This document shows, in pieces, positions 58,854-64,000 of a stretch of 64,000 nt of DNA. The stretch is taken from the NCBI GenBank assembly GCA_963708025.1, contig CAVPSB010000002.1, positions 32,001-96,000 on the forward strand. Reading direction: 5' to 3'. A program made the position numbers and the translations under genes. Position 1 is the first letter of the stretch. Every line of letters starts with the position of its first letter. The notes beneath the pieces are model-generated. The model was not told the origin of the DNA, did not search any database, and was given only the letters and a program-made list of their open reading frames with translations. This DNA is from an uncultured Candidatus Rokubacteria bacterium (GTDB lineage Bacteria > Methylomirabilota > Methylomirabilia > Rokubacteriales > DASRDR01).

Positions 58854-60032
58854 GTGGATTTCAAGTTCAGCGACGCGCAGGAGACGTTCCGGAAGGAGAT
58901 CCGGCAGTGGCTCGAGTCCAACCTGCCGGACGACCTGCGCCAGCGCGCCTTCGCGTCGTCCCGGTGCGATCCGGACGAGGTCCGGAAGCTCCGCGCGTGG
59001 CAGAAGCGGATGTGCGAGGCCGGCTACGTCGGGCTCGACTGGCCGCCCCGGTTCGGCGGGCGCGGCGCGTCGCTCGTCGAGCAGATCATCCTCTACCAGG
59101 AGATGGCGCGGGCGGGATCGCCCCAGTTCGTCAATCGTGGCGGGGTCTCGATGCTGGGGCCCACCCTCATGAAGCACGGCACCGCCGCCCAGCAGCAGCG
59201 CTTCCTGCCGCACATCCTCACCGCCGACGAGCTGTGGTGCCAGGGCTTCTCCGAGCCGAACGCCGGCTCCGACCTGGCGAACCTCCAGACCCGGGCCATC
59301 CGTCGCGCCGACGGCTTCGTCGTGAAGGGCCAGAAGGTCTGGACGAGCATGGCCCACGTCGCCGACTGGTGCTTCCTGTTGACCCGCACCGACCCCGGCG
59401 CCCCGCGCCACAAGGGCCTCGGCTTCCTCCTGGTCGACATGCGCTCGCCGGGGATCACGGTCCGGCCGCTCCGCCAGATCACCGGCGAGGCGGAGTTCAA
59501 CGAGGTGTTCTTCGACGACGTGGTGGTGCCGGCCGAGAACCTGGTCGGCGCCGAGAACGGGGGCTGGGGCGTCGCCCTGACGACGCTGGCCTACGAGCGC
59601 GACCTGCTCACCTTCATCCGCCACATCTCGCTGCAGAACGCCCTGCAGCGGCTCCTCCGCCTCGCGCGGGAGCGGGGCGCGGCCCGGGATCCGGTCGTGC
59701 GCCAGAAGCTCGCCGCGCTGGTGATCGGCGAGCAGGTGCTCCAGCTGAACGGGTACCGGAGCCTGACGAAGATCCTCCGCGGGGGCGAGCCGGGCCCGGA
59801 GGGGTCGACCTCCAAGCTCTTCTGGAGCCAGCTCGACCAGGACCTGGCCGAGCTGGCCGCCCAGATCCTCGGGCCCCACGGCCAGCTCCTCGGCACGCTG
59901 CCGTCCGCGCCGGACGGCGGGCAGTGGGCGTTCTACGAGCTCCTGGCGCAGGCCAGCGGCATCCGGGCCGGGACCTCCGAGATTCTCCGGAACATCCTCG
60001 CCGAGCGGCTCCTCGGCCTGCCGAAGGATTGA
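58854..60032 (+). CDS. Acyl-CoA dehydrogenase
   Basis: WCQGFSEPNAGSDL, GQKVWTS, FNEVFFD, AGTSEILRN. Confidence 0.95.
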   Translation: MDFKFSDAQETFRKEIRQWLESNLPDDLRQRAFASSRCDPDEVRKLRAWQKRMCEAGYVGLDWPPRFGGRGASLVEQIILYQEMARAGSPQFVNRGGVSMLGPTLMKHGTAAQQQRFLPHILTADELWCQGFSEPNAGSDLANLQTRAIRRADGFVVKGQKVWTSMAHVADWCFLLTRTDPGAPRHKGLGFLLVDMRSPGITVRPLRQITGEAEFNEVFFDDVVVPAENLVGAENGGWGVALTTLAYERDLLTFIRHISLQNALQRLLRLARERGAARDPVVRQKLAALVIGEQVLQLNGYRSLTKILRGGEPGPEGSTSKLFWSQLDQDLAELAAQILGPHGQLLGTLPSAPDGGQWAFYELLAQASGIRAGTSEILRNILAERLLGLPKD

Positions 60033-60137
60033 GAGTCACAATCGGGTTCCTCCGGCTCCCCCCTCCCCCGGCCAAAGGCCGAAGGCCGTCCATGGGTGGG
60101 GGAGGGGGGTTGGGGGGCGGGCGGGAGGTCCCAAATG
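60030..60137 (+). repeat. Repeat family A, copy 10
   Basis: TGA-gag...cctccggctcccccctccccc-ggccaaaggccgaaggccgtc-catgggtgggggagggggg...gggcgggaggtcccaa-ATG. Confidence 0.88.
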
Positions 60138-60917
60138 TCAGAGCTCCTCTACGACGTGGCCGATCGGATCGCGACGATCACCCTCAACCGACCGGACAAG
60201 CTGAACGCCTTCACCGCGGGCATGATCGCGGCGTGGGCCGAGGCCCTCGCCGAGGCCCAGCGGGACCCCTCCGTCAACGTGGTGGTGGTGACGGGGGCCG
60301 GCCGCGCGTTCTGCGCCGGCGGCGACGTGGGGCGGATGGGGGAGGGCCAGCCGAGTGCGCTCGAGCACAAGGACCAGCTCTGGGAGCACATCCACCGGAT
60401 CCCCAGGACGCTCGAGGCGATGGACAAGCCGGTCATCGCCATGGTGAACGGCCTCGCCGTCGGCGCCGGCATGGGCATGTGCCTGATGTGCGACGTCCGG
60501 GTCGCCTCCGACGCGGCGCGCTTCTCGACGGGGTATGTCGGGGTGGGGCTGGTCCCCGGGGACGGGGACACCTACTTCCTGCCCCGGCTGGTGGGCTCGG
60601 CCAAGGCCCTGGAGCTGTTCTGGACCGGGGACTTCCTCGACGCCCCCGAGGCGCTGCGCCTCGGGATCGTCAACCGGGTCGTCCCGCCGGCGGAGCTCCG
60701 GCCGGCGACCGAGGCGCTGGCGCGCCGGATCGCCGACGGGCCCCAGGTGGCGATCCGGATGATGAAGCGGCTCGTCTACCAGAGCGCGAGGCTCGACCTC
60801 CGGACGCACCTCGACCTCGTCTCCTCGCACATGGCCATCGTCCGCCAGACCGCCGACCACGCCGAAGGCGTGGCAGCCTTCCGCGAGAAGCGCCCCCCGC
60901 GGTTCCAGGGCCGCTGA
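60135..60917 (+). CDS. Enoyl-CoA hydratase/isomerase family
   Basis: TLNRPDKLNA, FCAGGD, KPVIAMVNG, AFREKRPPRF. Confidence 0.93.
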   Translation: MSELLYDVADRIATITLNRPDKLNAFTAGMIAAWAEALAEAQRDPSVNVVVVTGAGRAFCAGGDVGRMGEGQPSALEHKDQLWEHIHRIPRTLEAMDKPVIAMVNGLAVGAGMGMCLMCDVRVASDAARFSTGYVGVGLVPGDGDTYFLPRLVGSAKALELFWTGDFLDAPEALRLGIVNRVVPPAELRPATEALARRIADGPQVAIRMMKRLVYQSARLDLRTHLDLVSSHMAIVRQTADHAEGVAAFREKRPPRFQGR

Positions 60918-61009
60918 GGCTTTCGCTCGCCCGGTGCGAGGGCTGGGATCGAGGAGCGAGCGCAGCCGAGAGTGACGATCGAGCCGAATGGGCGAGTGGG
61001 GGGCCGGGG

Positions 61010-61046
61010 AGAACCGATGGACTTGACCCAACCGGTTCTATATACT
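61010..61046 (+). promoter_or_regulatory. TA promoter/operator, probably leaderless transcript
   Basis: TGGACT, N17, TATACT ending 7 nt before ATG 61054; inverted repeat agaaccg/cggttct. Confidence 0.6.
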
Positions 61047-61053
61047 GCAGGCA

Positions 61054-61299
61054 ATGAAGCAATTGCTGATCGAGATCGATGCCGAGACGGCGGCGCGGCT
61101 CGACCGGGTGGCGCCGTCCCGCTCGCGGCGCCGGTCCGAGTTCATCCGGGCAGCGATTCGCCGGGCGCTCTGGGAGATCGAGGAACGAACGACCGAGCAG
61201 GCATACCGGCACCAGCCCGACTCCGCCGATGACGCCCACGTCGATCCCGCCGTCTGGGAGAGCCAGGCGCCACGGCGCAAGCGAGGTCATCGGCACTGA
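61054..61299 (+). CDS. Ribbon-helix-helix antitoxin
   Basis: IEIDAETAARLD...RSEFIRAAIRRAL; upstream of the toxin. Confidence 0.8.
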   Translation: MKQLLIEIDAETAARLDRVAPSRSRRRSEFIRAAIRRALWEIEERTTEQAYRHQPDSADDAHVDPAVWESQAPRRKRGHRH

Positions 61300-61625
61300 G
61301 GCAGTACGAGATCCGCTGGGCGAGCATGCCGGTTCCGATCGGTCGCCGCCCGGTTCTGCTGCTCACCCGGACGCCGGCGTACCAGTACCTCGCCAAGGTG
61401 ATCGTGGCGGAGGTGACGACGACGGTCCGGGGGATCCCGCAGGAAGTACCGCTCGGCCGCCGCGAAGGGCTGGCGCGTCCGTCAGTGGCGAACCTCGACA
61501 ACCTGCACGTCGTCGCCAAGGCCCGACTCGGCGACGTCGTTGGACACATCGACGCGAGCCGTCACCGGGAGATCAAGCGCGCGCTGGGCTACGCCCTCGA
61601 CTGGCCCGAGCTCAAGATCCTCTGA
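61296..61625 (+). CDS. mazF: PemK/MazF-family toxin, probable CTG start
   Basis: (M)RQYEIRWASMPVPIGRRPVLLLTR...VAEVTTT...SVANLDNL; CTGA overlap with the antitoxin stop. Confidence 0.9.
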   Translation: MRQYEIRWASMPVPIGRRPVLLLTRTPAYQYLAKVIVAEVTTTVRGIPQEVPLGRREGLARPSVANLDNLHVVAKARLGDVVGHIDASRHREIKRALGYALDWPELKIL

Positions 61626-62013
61626 GTCGGCTCCTCGTGGGGCTCGGCGGGCGGCCAGCCAGACGTCCCAAGCCGGTCCGAGCACCGGACGACGGTCGAG
61701 AGACGCGGCGGATATCACACTGGCGAAGCAGGCCCAGTTGAAGCTGCCCATCGCCTTCCACCCGGGGCACTCAAGTACTTCGCGGAGAAGGGCGTGCGCA
61801 TCGGGATGTAGCTCCCTGGGCGCGCCGAACGGAGAATGGGCCTCTGTGTCAGCTACACGCCCAGGTTTGTTCGGAAGCCTACGGGGAGAGCATCATGGAG
61901 CGGCCCCGTCACCAGGAGATCAAGCGCGCCGGGCTACGCCCTCGACTGGCCCGAGCTCGAGATCCCCTGAGGCGGCTCCTCATGGGGTTCAGCGGGGGGC
62001 CAGCCAGACGTTC
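61559..62013 (+). repeat. Imperfect ~105-bp direct repeat (61559-61668 and 61906-62013)
   Basis: ccgtcacc.ggagatcaagcgcgc...gggctacgccctcgactggcccgagctc.agatcc.ctgag.cggctcctc.tgggg...ggccagccagacgt occurs twice. Confidence 0.9.
61697..61810 (+). pseudogene. Probable 3' remnant of a TAXI-family TRAP solute-binding protein gene
   Basis: RDAADITLAKQAQLKLPIAFHPG, then a frameshift, then ALKYFAEKGVRIGM*. This resembles the TAXI C-terminal PFHPGAxxYxxExG motif. Confidence 0.55.
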
Positions 62014-63563
62014 CAGAAGAAGGGCCGGTAGCGGTTGGCGTAGCCCCCGACGCCCTTCTGCTTGATGCGCAGGCTGAAGAAGTCGCCGAACTTGACGACC
62101 GGGACCTCCTGCCAGAACCAGCCCTGGATCTCCCGCCAGAGGGCCATGCGCTTGGACGGGTCGGTTTCGGCGGCCAGCCGGGCCATCATGGCCTCGAGCT
62201 TCGGGTCGCAGGTCCAGCCCGGCCAGTCGCAGCTCAGGATGACCTTGAACGCGGGGTCGGCGTCGAATCCGATGCCGGTCGTGAAGATGTCGTAGAGCTT
62301 GGGATCGCTCCGGCGCTGGACGACGGTCGCCCATTCGAGGACCTGGAGGTCGATCGTGAACCCGACGTCCTCGAGCTGCTGCTTGGCGGCCAGCGCCGAC
62401 TTGTACATCCAGTCGTAGAACTGGGTGCACATCCACCGGACCGGCTCGCCCTTGTAGCCGGCCTCCTGCATGAGCCGCTTGGCCTTCGCCCGATCCGGGT
62501 GGTTGTAGACGTCCTTGCCGACGTCCGCCCACCAGACCTGCTCGCGGAACTGGAGGCTCGGGTCCAGCCGGTAGAACTCCGGCCGGCCGACGGCGGCCTT
62601 CATGATCGGCTCCATGTCGAGCGCGGCCACGACGGCCTGGCGGAGGGTGCGGTTGGCGAAGAGCCCCTGCTTCTTGTTGAAGACGCCGCTGATCCACTCG
62701 TTCGGCTTGACGATCATCACGTCGAGCCGGGGGTTCTGGCCGAGCCGCTCGTAGGAGTCGGGCGCGATCCAGTCGCTGAAGTGGTACTCGCCGGACTCGA
62801 CCCCGGCGGCCCGGGTGGCGACGTCGGGAACCGGGATGAACTGGATCTCGTCCACGTGGGCGGTGCGCTTCCCGCCGTAGCCGCTCGCCGGCTCGGGCCG
62901 GGCGGCGTAGCGGTCGAAGCGGGCCAGCCGGACGTGACGGTCGGGGATCCGCTCGACGAAGCGGAAGGGGCCGGTCCCGACGAAGTCCTTGATCTGCCCG
63001 TCGCCCGCCGCCTCCACGACCTCCTTCGGGTAGATGGCCGGGAACTGGCTGGCGTTGGCGAGCGCCGAGACCACGATGCCGGAGGGGCTGGCCAGGCGCA
63101 GCTCGACGGTGTAGCGGTCCTTGGCCTGGATCGACTGGACCGACTTGAAGAGGAGCTTGCCGACGGTGGCGATCCGGCCCCACCGCGAGAGGGACGCCAC
63201 GACGTCCTCGGCCGACAGCTCCTTGCCGTTGTGGAACGGCACGCCCCGCCGGAGGCGGATCGTGTAGAGCTTGCCCCCGTCGCCGACCGCGTGGCCCTCG
63301 GCCAGCATCGGCACGACCGCGTACCGCTCGTCGAGGGTGAACAGGGGCTCGTAGAGGTGCGAGGTGACGTCGTAGGTCAGGCTGGCCGTCGTCCAGTGGG
63401 CGTCCAGCGCCGGGGGCTCGCCGATGATCGCGACCTTGAGGACCCCGCCCGCGCGCGGGGCCTCCTGCCCCCGGGCGGCGCCGCGGAGCACGAAGGGCCC
63501 GGCGGCCGCCGCGGTGAGGGCGCCCGTGAGAAACGTCCGGCGTGAGGTGGCTGCGCTCGCCAT
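61989..63563 (-). CDS. Family 5 (peptide/nickel) ABC substrate-binding protein with Tat signal
   Basis: SRRTFL twin-arginine signal; LRRGVPFHNG, VGTGPFRF. Confidence 0.92.
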   Translation of the reverse strand: MASAATSRRTFLTGALTAAAAGPFVLRGAARGQEAPRAGGVLKVAIIGEPPALDAHWTTASLTYDVTSHLYEPLFTLDERYAVVPMLAEGHAVGDGGKLYTIRLRRGVPFHNGKELSAEDVVASLSRWGRIATVGKLLFKSVQSIQAKDRYTVELRLASPSGIVVSALANASQFPAIYPKEVVEAAGDGQIKDFVGTGPFRFVERIPDRHVRLARFDRYAARPEPASGYGGKRTAHVDEIQFIPVPDVATRAAGVESGEYHFSDWIAPDSYERLGQNPRLDVMIVKPNEWISGVFNKKQGLFANRTLRQAVVAALDMEPIMKAAVGRPEFYRLDPSLQFREQVWWADVGKDVYNHPDRAKAKRLMQEAGYKGEPVRWMCTQFYDWMYKSALAAKQQLEDVGFTIDLQVLEWATVVQRRSDPKLYDIFTTGIGFDADPAFKVILSCDWPGWTCDPKLEAMMARLAAETDPSKRMALWREIQGWFWQEVPVVKFGDFFSLRIKQKGVGGYANRYRPFFWNVWLAPR

Positions 63564-63566
63564 GAT

Positions 63567-64000
63567 CTATCCTCCCGTCGAGGTGAGCCGGCGGAGAAGG
63601 TCCTGCTGCCGGTCCAGCATCTCACGCACGCGACCGTCGAGATCGCGCCCCGCGGCGCGGCGGTCGCTCGCCACCAGGTCGAGCCACTGCCGCTCGCGCG
63701 CGGCCCACACCGCCTGCACGATGGGCGTCCGACCGGCGGGGTCGGTCATCACCGCGTCCCCGAGCGCTTTCATCCGCCACCAGGCCGACGCCGGGTCGGG
63801 CTCGCCGGTCCCGGTCGCCAGCGGCGCCGAAAGCGGCTCACCGAGCGGCACGGCGATGGGCACGAACAGGCTGGTGCAGGGCGTGGTGAGGCTGCACCAG
63901 GCGACGACCGGGAGGTGCCCGTCGCGGGGCAGCTCCGCCACCATGCCGGCCGCCGTGGCACCGGTGGCCGGCTCCGGGTGCATGCACACGGACCAGCCGA
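63567..64000 (-). CDS. Peptidase C69/secernin-like protein, 3' part (runs off the window end)
   Basis: VCMH...TAAGMVAEL...PCTSLFVP...SAWW. Confidence 0.65.
   Translation of the reverse strand, partial: GWSVCMHPEPATGATAAGMVAELPRDGHLPVVAWCSLTTPCTSLFVPIAVPLGEPLSAPLATGTGEPDPASAWWRMKALGDAVMTDPAGRTPIVQAVWAARERQWLDLVASDRRAAGRDLDGRVREMLDRQQDLLRRLTSTGG

Overview
A very GC-rich bacterial chromosomal segment. Gene content and style suggest Candidatus Rokubacteria/Methylomirabilota (inference), and local indel clusters suggest a long-read MAG. Core blocks: a DtxR-family repressor divergent from an Fe3+-type ABC binding protein and permease; CIRCE-controlled groES-groEL; rpsF-ssb-rpsR-DUF2232-rplI-dnaB; a frameshifted KimA-like transporter; a second Fe/polyamine-type ABC system; alkA-DUF971-MFS-DUF1989-HNH; leuCD-type isomerase; mreBCD-mrdA-rodA-rng; a csoR-copA copper operon that continues into an unknown membrane protein and hutH; a run of metabolic genes (AIRS-like, GGT, AcuB, CitE-like, DUF4392, class III aminotransferase, hexahaem cytochrome); a ~13 kb catabolic cluster; a MazEF-like TA pair. 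I saw no rRNA, tRNA, CRISPR array, integrase or transposase. Three things stand out. (1) A promoter-to-U-tract structured intergenic unit (~19625-19975) carries a 21-nt complement to the 16S rRNA 3' end fused to a 10-nt complement of the 1390-1399 region. (2) About 10 copies of a G-rich repeat sit in stop/start overlaps, duplicate TGA and supply a new SD and start codon to the downstream gene. (3) The copper operon contains a 33-aa coupled membrane peptide and a membrane protein with duplicated PmoC-like D-x3-H-x12/13-H motifs. All calls are by eye, with no database searches.
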